A stretch of 64,000 bases of DNA from Squalus acanthias (taxonomy: Eukaryota): contig CM059431.1 of assembly GCA_030390025.1 (NCBI GenBank), positions 143,842,001-143,906,000 of the forward strand, read 5' to 3'. Position numbers and translations under genes: made by a program. Shown piece after piece: positions 12,013 to 24,660 of the stretch; within the stretch, counting starts at the first letter, position 1; each line of letters starts with the position of its first letter. The notes under the pieces are model-generated. The model saw only the letters and a program-made list of their open reading frames with translations. It searched no databases and had not been told where the DNA came from.

Positions 12013-15000
12013 ATGAAGATAACCATAGCCAGCCTCAACATCAACGGCAGCAGGGAGGCGCGCCGTAGATTCAATAAATTCTCGGTCCTTCGGGACGGGA
12101 AATATGCGGTGTGCTTCCTGCAAGAAACCCACACCGTTCCGGGAGACGAGGCCACGTGGCTCCTGGAGTGGCAAGGAGGGGTCAGCATGAGTCACCTCTC
12201 CAACAATTCCTGCGGGGTGGCTGTCTTGCTGGCCCCGCATTTTCAGCCGGAGATCTTGAGGGTCAAGGAGCACGTGCCGGGCCGCTTGCTCCAGGTCACT
12301 GTTCGCCTGGGAGGCGTGCCGCTCCATTTAGTGAACGTGTACGCCCCCCGGACCGGTGCGCAGCAAGTGCGCTTCTTCGGAGAAGTGTCCGCTCTTCTGG
12401 GCTCCATCGACGTGGGCGAGTGCGTCATCCTCGGGGGGGATTTCAATTGTACCCTCGAGGCGCGGGACCGGTCGGGTCCCCCGCGAAGCCCGGCGGCGAT
12501 GGAGAAGTTGCGGGACCTGGTCGGGTCCTTCGACTTGGTGGACGTCTGGTGAAATCTCCATCCCGACTCCAGCGCCTTCACGAGTGTGAGGTCTGGAGGA
12601 GGAAGGTCCAGAATCGACCGCCTTTACATTTCCCGGGCGTACGTCTCTTGCGTTCCGGCGGCTTCCATGCGGCCGGTGCCGTGCACGGACCACCACCTGG
12701 TGTGGGCGGAGCTCGCTCCGCTGCGCGCGCGGGGGGGGTCCGCGTACTGGCATTTTAACAACCTGCTGCTGGAGGACGCGCGGTTCCGGGATTCGTTTCG
12801 CTGGTTCTGTGCCGACTGGAGAAGGAAGCGGGGAGGCTTCCCCTCCTTGAGGCTATGGTGGGACGTGGGCAAGGCTCACGTCCGCGTCTTCTGTCAGGAG
12901 TATGCGAAGGGGTCGACCAAGAGGCGGGAGGCCCGGGTCGGGCGATTGGAGAAAGAAGTGCTCGACCTGGAGTCCCGTCTCGGTCAAGTCGTCGAGGACC
13001 CGGCCCTGCGGAAGGTGTACGAAGAGAAGAAGGGCGCGCTGAAGGACCTGCAGCTGGTCGGGTCCCGAGGCGCGTACGTGAGGTCGCGGATCCTGTTCCT
13101 GCGGGACCTGGACCGCGGCTCCCCCTTCTTCTACTCGCTGGAAAAAAGACGGGGGGTCCGTAAGCAGCTCTTGGGGCTGCTGGCCGACGACGGATCTCTG
13201 GTCTCGGATCCGGAGGGCATCAGCGCGGAGGCCCGGGCCTATTACGGGGCTCTGTTCTCTTCGGATCCGTCCAGCGAGGATGCGCGCAGAGTTTTGTGGG
13301 AGGACCTGCCGAAGGTCGGCCCGGAGGGCGCCGAGAATTTAGAAGCTCCGCTAAGCCTGGCGGAGCTGACCGGTGCCCTGCGCCAGCTCTCGAGGGGCAA
13401 GTCCCCGGGGCTGGACGGGCTGACCGTGGAGTTCCACAGGGTGTTCTGGGACGTCTTGGGGGACGACTACGCGCGGGTCCTGGGGGAAAGTCTGGCGACC
13501 GGGGAGATGCCCCTCTCTTGGCACAGGGCGGTCATCGTCCTGCTGCCCAAGAAGGGCGATCTCCGCCTACTTAAGAACTGGCGCCCGGTCTCCCTCCTCA
13601 GCACGGACTACAAAATTTTCGCCAGGGCTATGTCTGCTCGCCTTGGCACTGTGCTGGCCCGCATGATCCACCCCGACCAGTCCTACACGGTCCCGGGCCG
13701 GAGTATCCACGATAACATCCATCTGGTCCGGGACCTGGTCCACCATTCCCAGAGGGCTGGTCTGTCGGTCGCCTTCCTTTCCCTGGATCAGGAGAAGGCG
13801 TTCGACAGGGTGGATCACGAGTATCTTTTCGGGACTCTGCGCGCATTCGGGTTCGGGACGCATTTCGTCGCCCGGATCCGAATTCTGTACGCCGCCGCGG
13901 AGTGTCTCATTAAAGTTAACGGGTCTTTGACGGCGCCCCTTCGCTTCGGGAGGGGGGTGCGTCAGGGATGCCCCATGTCCGGTCAGTTATACGCCGTTTG
14001 CGTGGAGCCTTTCCTGCGCCTCTTGCGGAAGAGGTTGACGGGACTGGCTCTGCAAGGGCCGGGCGTGGAGGTGGTCCTCTCGGCTTACGCCGATGACGTG
14101 CTCCTCGCGGTCACGGATCCCGTCGACTTGCGGAGGATGCGAGAATGCCAGCAGATTTACTCGGACGCATCCTCCGCCAAGATCAACTGGGAAAAATGTT
14201 CTGGACTCCTGGTGGCCCCATGGCAGGTGGACTCCCTGCCGGAGGAGTTCGGGCCTTTCGCCTGGAGCACCACGCACCTCCTCTACCTGGGAGTCTACCT
14301 CAGCCCGGCCGAGGACGCCTGGCCGGCGAACTGGCAAGAGCTGGAGGCCAAAGTCAGCGCTCGCCTAGGGCACTGGACAGGATTGCTCCGAGTGTTGTCC
14401 TACAGGGGTCGAGTGCTGGTCATAAACCAGCTGGTGGCCGCCATGTTGTGGTACCGGTTGGTCACTTTGATCCCTCCCCCTGCGTTTGTCGCCAAGATGC
14501 AGAAAAAGCTCGTCGACTTCTTCTGGGACAAAAGGAAGCACTGGGTCTCTGCCGCGGTTTTGAGTCTCCCGCTTAGGGAGGGCGGTCAGGCGCTGGTGTG
14601 CCTTCGCACCCAGGTGGCGACTTTCCGTCTTCAGACGCTGCAGAGATACCTGTACGTGGAGAATCCTCCTAGGTGGCGTGCGCTGGTGACGTATTTCTTC
14701 CGCCAGCTGCACGGCCTCAATTACGACACGCAGCTCCTGTTTGTGAGAGTGGGTGGCATGCGTGCCAGCCTGCGGGAGCTGCCTGTCTTCTACCAGGAAC
14801 TGCTATGGGTTTGGAACAGCGTCGCCTCCGAGCGCAGTTCTCCCCCGTCAGGAGCGGCGGCCGTACTTCGGGAGCCGCTGTTCAGGAATCCGCACCTCCA
14901 CAACCGCGGGTTCGGCTGGCTGGCGGAGGGCAGGGCTGTGCCCGGTAAGGTGACCAGAGTCGGGGACCTGCTCGATGGCGGAGGAGCGGGCTGGATGGCG

Positions 15001-15912
15001 CCGGAGGAGTTGGCGAGGCGCATGTCCTGGGTCAACGTCCGGCTCGCGGTCAAAGCCATCGAGTCGCTAAAAGTGGCACTGGGCCCCGTCTCCACTAGGT
15101 GTGTCGAGGATTCTCAAGCACGTGGGGCGATCCCGTCCGAACTGACCCCCATTCGGACGGAATTCCTTATCGGCGCCCGGCCCCGAATCCTCCCTCGGGA
15201 GCCGCCGCCCCACCACTTGAGCCTTCTCGGAGAAATGCCCTCCGTGCCCTTTCAATCCGCACGGAGGCGTTTCCTGTACGGGCTGCTCCTGCACACTCTC
15301 CACTTTGCCATCTTCGTCTGCCGTCCGGACACGCCTTGGCGTACCATCCTGCCGTCCGGCGGAGGCGAAGGTCCCCATTGGAAGGCTCTCTACGTGGGAG
15401 TCTTCCCTTGTTCTATTGGGGACTTGGCCTGGAGGGTGTTGCACGGAGCAGTCCCGTGCAATAGGATTTTAAGTAGGTTTACGGACTCCCAGGCTGCTTG
15501 CCATTTTTGCGGCCTGGAGGAGTCCGTTTATCACATTTATGTTGAATGTGAGAGGTTGCAGCCCCTCTTTCATTATTTGAAGGGGCTGCTCCTCAATTTC
15601 TGGTTGCACTTCAGCCCCACGCTCCTGATCTACGGTCACCCGGTGCGGAGGGGAGCGGGTAGGTCGGAGGACCTCCTCGTAGGACTGCTCCTGGGCCTGG
15701 CTAAGAAAGCCATTAATTGATCCAGGCAGCGGGCGGTCGAGGGGGTCGTTCGGCCCGATTGCCTGCCTCTCTTACGCGGCCATGTTCGCGCCTGGGTGGC
15801 CCTGGAGATGGAGCACGCGGTGTCCGCCGGCACGCTTGAGTTTTTCCGCGACCGGTGGGCGCCGCGGGGACTGGAGTGCATCGTCACCCCAGACTTCCAA
15901 ATTTTAATTTGA
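12013..15912 (+). pseudogene. Tx1 ORF2, copy 3 (APE-RT-CCHC), nonsense codons at 12550 and 15718
   Basis: Same 3900-nt frame as copy 1; CGA>TGA and TGG>TGA stops. Confidence 0.92.
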
Positions 15913-17015
15913 TTTATTAAGTTTCATTTCAAGTTTTAATTGATTTACAGTAAATTTGGGTTCAACCAAAAAGATGAACACCAGGTTATAGTCCAACAGC
16001 TTTATTTGAAATCACAAGCTTTCGGAGCTGCTGACGAAGGAGCAGCAGCAGCAGCAGGAGCAGCAGAGTGGTGGTCTCTGTGACCAGGAAGAGGAGAAGG
16101 AGAAGGAGACCAGACAGCAGGCCACCACCAACAACCAACAACCACTACTGAGGTGCCTGGAGAGAGAGGACAGGAGAGGAGAAAGAGAAGAAGGGAAGGC
16201 CAAGGCCATCAAACATCAGAGGAGAGGCCTTTGCACACTGCCTCCTCAATTGGCCTCCATTTTAGGCGAGGGAGAGAGGGGAGAAAACATCACACCATCA
16301 ACTGTTTGGAAGGAGGAAGGAAGGAAAGAACAACAGCTACAGGTGGGTGTGATTCTGGGGCACTCTCCCAGAGACTTTGTTTTGTAGGTGGGGGGAGGAA
16401 AGAAGAAAAGAAGAGGGCCGGAACATCCAAGGGGTGTGTGTGTGTTTGTGTGGCTTCTGTAAAAGCTAGGCCGCACACACCATATTAAACACCCCTTTCC
16501 CATTGCCTGACCTGGGACAGCTGGAGCTGCTTAGGTGAAGTCCCCATTTAATTTAATCTTATTGGGCATCGTTAAGACCTGGTGCAGGACTGAGCCTGGG
16601 CATCTCCAGCTATCCCAGGTGAAGACATCTTCTCCCCCCACCAGAAGACCACCACCAAAGACTTTTATTACATCGGAGAGTGCACCCCCCCTGCCAACAC
16701 CCACCCACCCACCATCCTGAGTGGCGACCCTGCCCTTGCGGCTTCCCTCCTTCCCACCCCGCCCTCTCTCTCTCTCTTTGTCTCTTGTCTCTCTCTGCCT
16801 CTCTCTCTAAGAGGCACCTCAATCTATTTTAATTAAGTACCCATTGAGCAGAGGGCAGAAGGCCCCTCTCCTAATTAATTCATAAAAAGGGAGAGGTGTG
16901 CCTTCAATTTAAGAGCTCCCTCTGCTCAGGGGAAAACAAAAACAAAAAACCGAGGCCATTAACACCTTCAGGCCTGTGACTTGGTGTGAGTGTAGCCCTT
17001 AAAGACCAACCCATC

Positions 17016-19173
17016 ATGGCGACCACATCTTCGCCGGTGGCGGGGGCAGCGAGGACATACGCAAGCGTGGCAGCCGCGGCCACGGCCGCAGCCACGAGTC
17101 CTCCTGTTACTCCGTCACCTTTTACCCTCCTTACGAGGTAGAATGGGGTCAAGAGCTACACTCACCCCAACATGACAATAGAGGCGTGCGTAAAAGCCAT
17201 GGCTGGGGTTGTCGGCCCTTCAGCCATCGTCGCCACCTCTAAAATGTATGGCAAGGCTGTGTTCTTCCTGGGGTCGGAGCGGGCGGTGTCCCTGGCCATC
17301 GAGAAAGGGCTCACCGTGGGCGGGACCTTCCTGCCGGTGGACCCCATTGAGGCCACCACGCAAAGGATTGTGGTTTCCAACGTCCCGCCCTTTGTTCCGG
17401 GTGAGCTCCTCCTCCCCCACCTACGTCAACTGGGGGAGGTGAGGTCGGGGATCACACCCATCCCGCTCGGCTTCCGGGAAGCCAGCCTTCGGCACGTCTT
17501 CTCCTTCCGGCGCCAGCTTTTCGTCCGGCTGGCGCGGGAGGAGGACGCGGATGGCGCGTTCACGGTGCTCCACGGGGGGACCGCCCACCGCGTCTTCTGG
17601 ACCTCGGACGGCGTGCGGTGCTACGCCTGTAAGGAGGTGGGGCACGTCCGCAAAAACTGCCCCGCCTCCAGGGCCGCCACGACAGCTGGCGCGGCCAGGG
17701 TTGGCGCCGCCGCCCCCCCTCCCCCTGATACTGTCCGCGCGTCGATGGCGACGGATCCGCGGTCGAAATCGGAGGCCAACGCCACCACGGCCTCCGGCGG
17801 GGGGGAGGGAGAGCGTCCGGGGGGAAGGAAGGCGCGTAGGAAAAATAAACAGCTAAGTGCGGATCCCCTCATGGAGGAAACATCTGAGTTGACCGAACTC
17901 ACGCCCGAGTACATCGCGGAGTTGATCGGGACGCATGAGACTGGGGGGGTCCTCGTGCCCGGGCCCGTGACCGTGACCGCAACTGCTGAGGCAGCTAAAT
18001 CAAGACCTGAGGCCGGGCTCGGGCCCGAGGGGCCCAAGAAACCCAGTCGTCGGAAGGGGGCAGAGAGGGAGGCCCCAGCAGACATGGAGGCCTCCCCCTC
18101 TCCGGGCCCCAATATGTTAAAAAGAAAGCTAGACCCCCAGGAGGAGGACTGCGAGGAGGAAGGTCCCTCCGCAGAGGGGGAGTCGTCGCCCGCCGCGGGT
18201 GCTGCGCCCCACCCCACCACCGTCATCGTCGCGCGCGATCGGGGGGGGTCGTCTGTCCCTCGGGAGGGTGAGACAGCCGAGTCTGTCCGACCTGTGCCTC
18301 CCGGGGATGGGGAAGAGACCCTGCCCGTGGGGGGGGGGCGCGGAACAACCCGCGGAGGGAAATGTAGTTCCGGAACCGTTGCTCCTCGCCGGGTCGGGCG
18401 TCCTGGGGACTGGGGCGGGCGAGGCCAAAGAGGCTGAAGCCGAGCCCGCCTTTTATATCCCAGATATCTCCCAGGGACTGCTCGACCTGGTGGAGGACTT
18501 TAATAATCCCCAGCCCGCTGGGTCGGAGGTTGGTGGCGGGGAGACGGAAAGCCCCCTGACTCCGTCTCTGATGTTGGCGCCGGACGTACTGGAGGAATTT
18601 GAGATTATTTTCTCCCCGGTTTCTCCGGTCGCTCCGGCGCCTCAGGCGGGGGGGTGCCCCGAACCGCCGCCGCCGCCTCCCGGCCCGGCGCCCCTGAAGG
18701 AGCCCAGGGTGGACTCCTCTGCCACCGATCCTGGGAGTGGGATCGTGACGGAGGCGGGGCCAGCCGGTGCGGCCGAGCCGTTCGCTGCACCCCGTGCGAC
18801 GGACGGGTCGGCCGCCGGTGACGACCTCCCGGAGGAGGACGGTGACTCGGTGGTGGGCATCGAGGACGATTTGGAGTCCATCGGCAGCGAGGTGATGGAC
18901 GCCCTCGTGCCCTTCACCGACCCTCCCCTCATCCCCGTAGGGGAACTCCGGGATTATATGGCCATGAGCCAGGGTCGTCACAAGAAGATCCGGCTGGCCC
19001 TCGACAAGTGGTCGGAGCTGGCGCTGCTCGTCGAGTCCATCCGCGCCGCCGTTAAAATCATGGGCGCGGGCAAGGACGTTGGCCGGCTCGAGCTGCATCG
19101 GCTCAAGAGATTCCACACTGGGCTGCTGAGGGAGTGGCGGTCGTCAGTGACCGCGCTCCCTCCCCTCCGTTAG
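17016..19173 (+). pseudogene. Tx1 ORF1, copy 4 (early TAG near 17139, G-run frameshift near 18335)
   Basis: ORFs 17172..18437 and 18199..19173. Confidence 0.85.
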
Positions 19174-19198
19174 GTAGAGGTTGCACTATGCTTCTGAG

Positions 19199-22100
19199 AT
19201 GAAGATAACCATAGCCAGCCTCAACATCAACGGCAGCAGGGAGGCGCGCCGTAGATTCAATAACTTCTCGGTCCTTCGGGACGGGAAATATGCGGTGTGC
19301 TTCCTGCAAGAAACCCACACCGTTCCGGGAGACGAGGCCACGTGGCTCCTGGAGTGGCAAGGAGGGGTCAGCATGAGTCACCTCTCTAACAATTCCTGCG
19401 GGGTGGCTGTCTTGCTGGCCCCGCATTTTCAGCCGGAGATATTGAGGGTCAAGGAGCACGTGCCAGGCCGCTTGCTCCAGGTCACTGTTCGCCTGGGAGG
19501 CGTGCCGCTCCATTTAGTGAACGTGTACGCCCCCCGGACCGGTGCGCAGCAAGTGCGCTTCTTCGGAGAAGTGTCCGCTCTTCTGGGCTCCATCGACGTG
19601 GGCGAGTGCGTCATCCTCGGGGGGGATTTTAATTGTACCCTCGAGGCGCGGGACCGGTCGGGTCCCCCGCAAAGCCCGGCGGCGATGGAGAAGTTGCGGG
19701 ACCTGGTCGGGTCCTTCGACTTGGTGGACGTCTGGCGAAATCTCCATCCCGACTCCAGCGCCTTCACGAGCGTGAGGTCTGGAGGAGGAAGGTCCAGAAT
19801 CGACCGCCTTTACATTTCCCTGGCGTACGTCTCCTGCGTTCCGGCGGATTCCATGCGGCCGGTGTCGTGCACGGACCACCACCTGGTGTGGGCGGAGCTG
19901 GCTCCGCTGCGCGCGCGGGGGGGGGTCCGCGTACTGGCATTTTAACAACCTGCTGCTGGAGGACGCGCGGTTCCTGGATTCGTTTCGCCGGTTCTGGGCC
20001 GACTGGAGAAGGAAGCGGGGATGCTTCCCCTTCCTGAGGCTATGGTGGGACGTGGGCAAGGCTCACGTCCGCGTCTTCTGTCAGGAGTACGCGAAGGGGT
20101 CGACCAAGAGGCGGGAGGCCCGGGTCGGGCGATTGGAGAAAGAAGTGCTCGACCTGGAGTCCCGTCTCGGTCAAGTCGTCGAGGACCCGGCCCTGCGGAA
20201 GGTGTACGAAGAGAAGAAGGGCGCGCTGAAGGACCTGCAGCTGGTCGGGTCCCGAGGCGCGTACGTGAGGTCGTCGATCCAGTTCCTGCGGGACCTGGAC
20301 CGCGGCTCCCCCTTCTTCTACTCGCTGGAAAAAAAGACGGGGGGTCCGTAAGCAGCTCTTGGGGCTGCTGGCCGACGACGGATCTCTGGTCTCGGATCCG
20401 GAGGGCATCAGCGCGGAGGCCCGGGCCTGTTACGGGGCTCTGTTCTCTTCGGATCCGTCCAGCGAGGATGCGCGCAGAGTTTTGTGGGAGGACCTGCCGA
20501 AGGTCGGCCCGGAGGGCGCCGAGAATTTAGAAGCTCCGCTACGCCTGGCGGAGCTGACCGGCGCCCTGCGCCAGCTCTCGAGGGGCAAGTCCCCGGGGCT
20601 GGACGGGCTGACCATGAAGTTCCACAGGGCGTTCTGGGACGTCTTGGGGGACGACTACGAGCGGGTCCTGGGGGAAAGTCTGGCGACCGGGGAGATGCCC
20701 CTCTCTTGGTGCAGGGCGGTCAACGTCCTGCTGCTCAAGAAGGGCGATCTCCGCCTACTTAAGAACTGGCGCCCGGTCTCCCTCCTCAGCACGGACTACA
20801 AAATGTTCGCCAGGGCTATGTCTGCTCGCCTTGGCACCGTGCTGGCCCGCATGATCCACCCCGACCAGTCCTACATGGTCCCGGGCCAGAGTTTCCACGA
20901 TGACATCCATCTGGTCCGGGACCTGGTCCACCATTCCCAGAGGGCTGGTCTGTCGGTCGCCTTCCTTTCCCTGGATCAGGAGAAGGCGTTCGACAGGGTG
21001 GATCACGAGTATCTTTTCGGGACTCTGCACGCATTCGGGTTCGGGACGCATTTCGTCGCCCGGATCCGACTTCTGTACGCCGCCGCGGAGTGTCTCATTA
21101 AAGTTAACGGGTCTTTGACGACGCCCCTTTGCTTCGGGAGGGGGGTGCGTCAGGGATGCCCCATGTCCGGTCAGTTATACGCCGTTTGCGTGGAGCCTTT
21201 CCTGCGCCTCCTGCGGAAGAGGTTGACGGGACTGGCTCTGCAAGGGCCGGGCGTGGAGGTGGAGATGCCCCTCTCTTGGCGCAGGGCGGTCATCGTCCTG
21301 CTGCCCAAGAAGGGCGATCTCCGCCTACTTAAGAACTGGCGCCCGGTCTCCCTCCTCAGCACGGACTACAAAATTTTCGCCAGGGCTATGTCTGCTCGCC
21401 TTGGCACCGTGCTGGCCCGCATGATCCACCCCGACCAGTCCTACACGGTCCCCGGCCGGACAATCCACGACAACATCCATCTGGTCCGGGACCTGGTCCA
21501 CCATTCCCAGAGGGCTGGTCTGTCGGTCGCCTTCCTTTCCCTAGATCAGGAGAAGGCGTTCGACAGGGTGGATCACGAGTATCTTTTCGGGTCTCTGCGC
21601 GCATTCGGGTTCGGGACGCATTTCGTCGCCCGGATTCGACTTCTGTAAGCCGCCGCTGAGTGTCTGATTAAAGTTAACGGGTCTTTGACAGTGCCCCTTC
21701 GCTTCGGGAGGGGGGTGCGTCAGGGATGCCCCATGTCCGGTCAGTTATACGCCGTTTGCGTGGAGTCTTTCCTGCACCTCTTGCGGAAGAGGTTGACGGG
21801 ACTGGCTCAGCAAGGGCCGGGCGTGAAGGTGGTCCTCTCGGCTTACGCCGATGACGTGCTCCTCGCGGTCACAGATCCCGTCGACTTGCGGAGGATGCGA
21901 GAATGCCAGCAGATTTACTCGGACGCATCCTCCGCCAAGATCAACTGGGAGAAATGTTCTGGACTCCTGGTGGGCCCATGGCAGGTGGACTCCCTGCCGG
22001 AGGAGTTTGGGCCTTTTGCCTGGAGCACCACGCACCTCCTCTACCTGGGAGTCTACCTCAGCCCGGCCGAGGACGCCTGGCCGGCGAACTGGCAAGAGCT

Positions 22101-23670
22101 GGAGGCCAAAGTCACCGCTCGCCTAGGGCGCTGGACAGGACTGCTCCGAGTGTTGTCCTACAGGGGTCGAGCGCTGGTCATAAACCAGCTGGTGGCCGCC
22201 ATGTTGTGGTACCGGTTGGTCACTTTGATCCCTCCCCCTGCGTTTGTCGCCAAGATGCAGAAGAAGCTCGTCGACTTCTTCTGGGACAAAAGGAAGCACT
22301 GGGTCTCTGCCGCGGTTTTGAGTCTCCCGCTTAGGGAGGGCGGTCAGGCGCTGGTGTGCCTTTGCACCCAGGCGGCGACTTTCCGTCTTCAGACGCTGCA
22401 GTGATACCTGTACGTGGAGAATCCTCCTAGGTGGCGTGCGCTGGCGACGTATTTCTTCCGCCAGCTGCACGGCCTCAATTACGACACGCAGCTCCTGTTT
22501 GTGAGAGTGGGTGGCACGCGTGCCAGCCTGCGGGAGCTGCCTGTCTTCTACCAGGAACTGCTATGGGTTTGGAACAGCGTCGCCTCCGAGCGCAGTTCTC
22601 CCCCGTCAGGAGCGGCGGCCGTCCTTCGGGAGCCGCTGTTCAGGAATCCGCACCTCCACGACCGCGGGTTCGGCTGGCTGGCGGAGGGCAGGGCTGTGCC
22701 CGGTAAGGTGACCAGAGTCGGGGACCTGCTCGATGGCGGAGGAGCGGGCTGGATGGCGCCGGAGGAGTTGGCGAGGCGCATGTCCTGGGTCAACGTCCGG
22801 CTCGCGGTCAAAGCCATCGAGTCGCTAAAAGTGGCACTGGGCCCCATCTCCACTAGGTGTGTCACGGAGGCTCAAGCACGTGGGGCGATCCCGTCCGAAC
22901 TGACCCCCGTTCGGACGGAATTCCTTATCGGCGCCCGGCCCCGAATCCTCCCTCGGGAGCCGCCGCCTCACCACTTGAGCCTTCTCGGAGAAATGCCCTC
23001 CGTGCCCTTTCAATCCGCACGGAGGCGTTTCCTGTACGGGCTGCTCCTGCACACTCTCCACTTTGCCATCTTCGTCTGCCATCCGGACACGCCTTGGCGT
23101 ACCATCCTGCCGTCCGGCGGAGACGAAGGTCCCCATTGGAAGGCTCTCTACGTGGGAGTCTTCCCTTGTTCTATTGGGGACTTGGCCTGGACGTTGTTGC
23201 ACGGAGCAGTCCCGTGCAATAGGGTTTTAAATAGGTTTACGGACTCCCAGGCTGCTTGCCATTTCTGCGGCCTGGAGGAGTCCGTCTATCACATTTATAT
23301 TGAATGTGAGAGGTTGCAGCCCCTCTTTCATTATTTGAAGGGGCTGCTCCTCAATTTCTGGTTGCACTTCAGCCCCACGCTCCTGATCTACGGTCACCCG
23401 GTGCGGAGGGGAGCGGGTAGGTCGGAGGACCTCCTCGTAGGACTGCTCCTGGGCCTGGCCAAGAAAGCCATTAATTGGTCCAGGCAGCGGGCGGTCGAGG
23501 GGGTCGTTCGGCCCGATTGCCTGCCTCTCTTCCGCGGCCATGTTTGCGCCCGGGTGGCCCTGGAGATGGAGCACGCGGTGTCCGCCGGCATGCTTGATTT
23601 TTCCCGCGACCGGTGGGCGCCGCGGGGACTGGAGTGCATAGTCACCCCGGACTTCCAAATTTTAATTTGA
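19199..23670 (+). pseudogene. Tx1 ORF2, copy 4 (frameshifts near 19920 and 20335, stops at 21646 and 22402, duplicated RT segment)
   Basis: Fragment ORFs 19181..19945, 20052..20351, 20359..21648, 21685..22404, 22414..23670. Confidence 0.9.
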
Positions 23671-23739
23671 TTTATTAAGTTTCATTTAAAGTTTTAATTG
23701 ATTTACAGTAAATTTGGGTTCTGTCCAACCAAAAAGAGG

Positions 23740-23829
23740 AACACCAGGTTATAGTCCAACAGTTTTGTTTGAAATCACAAGCGATTTCAAATAAAACTGT
23801 TGGACTATAACCTGGTGTTGTGCGATTTG
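23740..23829. repeat. 37-bp inverted repeat with 6-nt loop; resembles collapsed Penelope-like element termini; Tx1 target
   Basis: AACACCAGGTTATAGTCCAACAGTTTTGTTTGAAATC-acaagc-GATTTCAAATAAAACTGTTGGACTATAACCTGGTGTT, one mismatch; Penelope attribution is from recall. Confidence 0.8.
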
Positions 23830-24199
23830 AGATTTGAGCCAATCTCCGCCCTCTGACTGGAAGCTGCTGTTTAAAAATACTAATCGAACCAGTTTGATAA
23901 CTCATTTACTTATGAACATAGTTAGTTAAAAACAATTCTTTATGAAGTATTATCCCAATAAAAGAGACCCAGCTCTAGGAATGAATTGTAACGCCTCTAT
24001 CTGGGACTTTAGGAACCGTTCCACGGATTCCCTGATGTTTGATCTTTCAGACCAACAGCTCAGAGCCAGTGTCTGGTGTTTCAGTGCGGGGAGGGCGAGC
24101 CGCCTCGAAGGGCAAACACATTAACCATTTAACTGCTGAATGAAGGTGTCCTTGAATGGGGAGGAGATGATGTCTCCATGGTCACTTCTCTCCTGTGAC

Positions 24200-24628
24200 T
24201 GGATGGTATTCAGTGCCGCTCCCTGTTCACCCATCACCCCTGTGCTCACTGACCTACATTGGCTCCCGGTCCAGCAACGCCGCGATTTTAAAGTTCTCAT
24301 CCATGGCCTCGCTCCTCCCTATCTCGGTAACCTCCTCCAGCCCAACAACCCTCCGAGATCTCTGCGCTCCTCCAATTCTGGTCTCTTGTACATTCCCGAT
24401 TTCCTTCATAACACTATTGGCCATCAAGTGCCGAGGCCCTAATCTCTGGAATTCCCTCTCCACCTCTCTCTCCTCCTTTAAGACTGTCTTTAAAACCTCC
24501 CTCTGTCAACAAGCATTTGTTCACCTGTCCGAATATCTCCTTACGTGACTTGGAGTCAATGATTTTTCAGATTACGCTCGAGACATTTTAATTCATTAAA
24601 GGAGCTACCGAAATTTCTATTTTTGTTC
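24200..24628 (+). mobile_element. L2-clade LINE 3' fragment
   Basis: PITPVLTDLHWLPVQQRRDFKVL… typical L2 ORF2 C-terminus, followed by an L2-like 3' tail. Confidence 0.8.
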
Positions 24629-24660
24629 TGAGACAGAGAAACGACAGGGAGCGGATTAGA

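Larger units (their letters stand above)
8783..15976 (+). mobile_element. Tx1-like copy 3, full length (~7.19 kb)
   Basis: ~1.04 kb 5' UTR, ORF1, 25-nt spacer, ORF2, short 3' UTR; bounded on both sides by AACACCAGG. Confidence 0.93.
15977..23739 (+). mobile_element. Tx1-like copy 4, full length, with 570-bp internal duplication
   Basis: Length ~7.76 kb = unit + 570; ORF1 ATG at 17016; ORF2 ATG at 19199. Confidence 0.93.

Noticed and set aside
300..23660. Many antisense and alternate-frame ORFs (e.g. 7020..8366, 18223..19116)
   Set aside because: Expected shadow ORFs of GC-rich Tx1 coding sequence; no motifs, and lengths vary between copies
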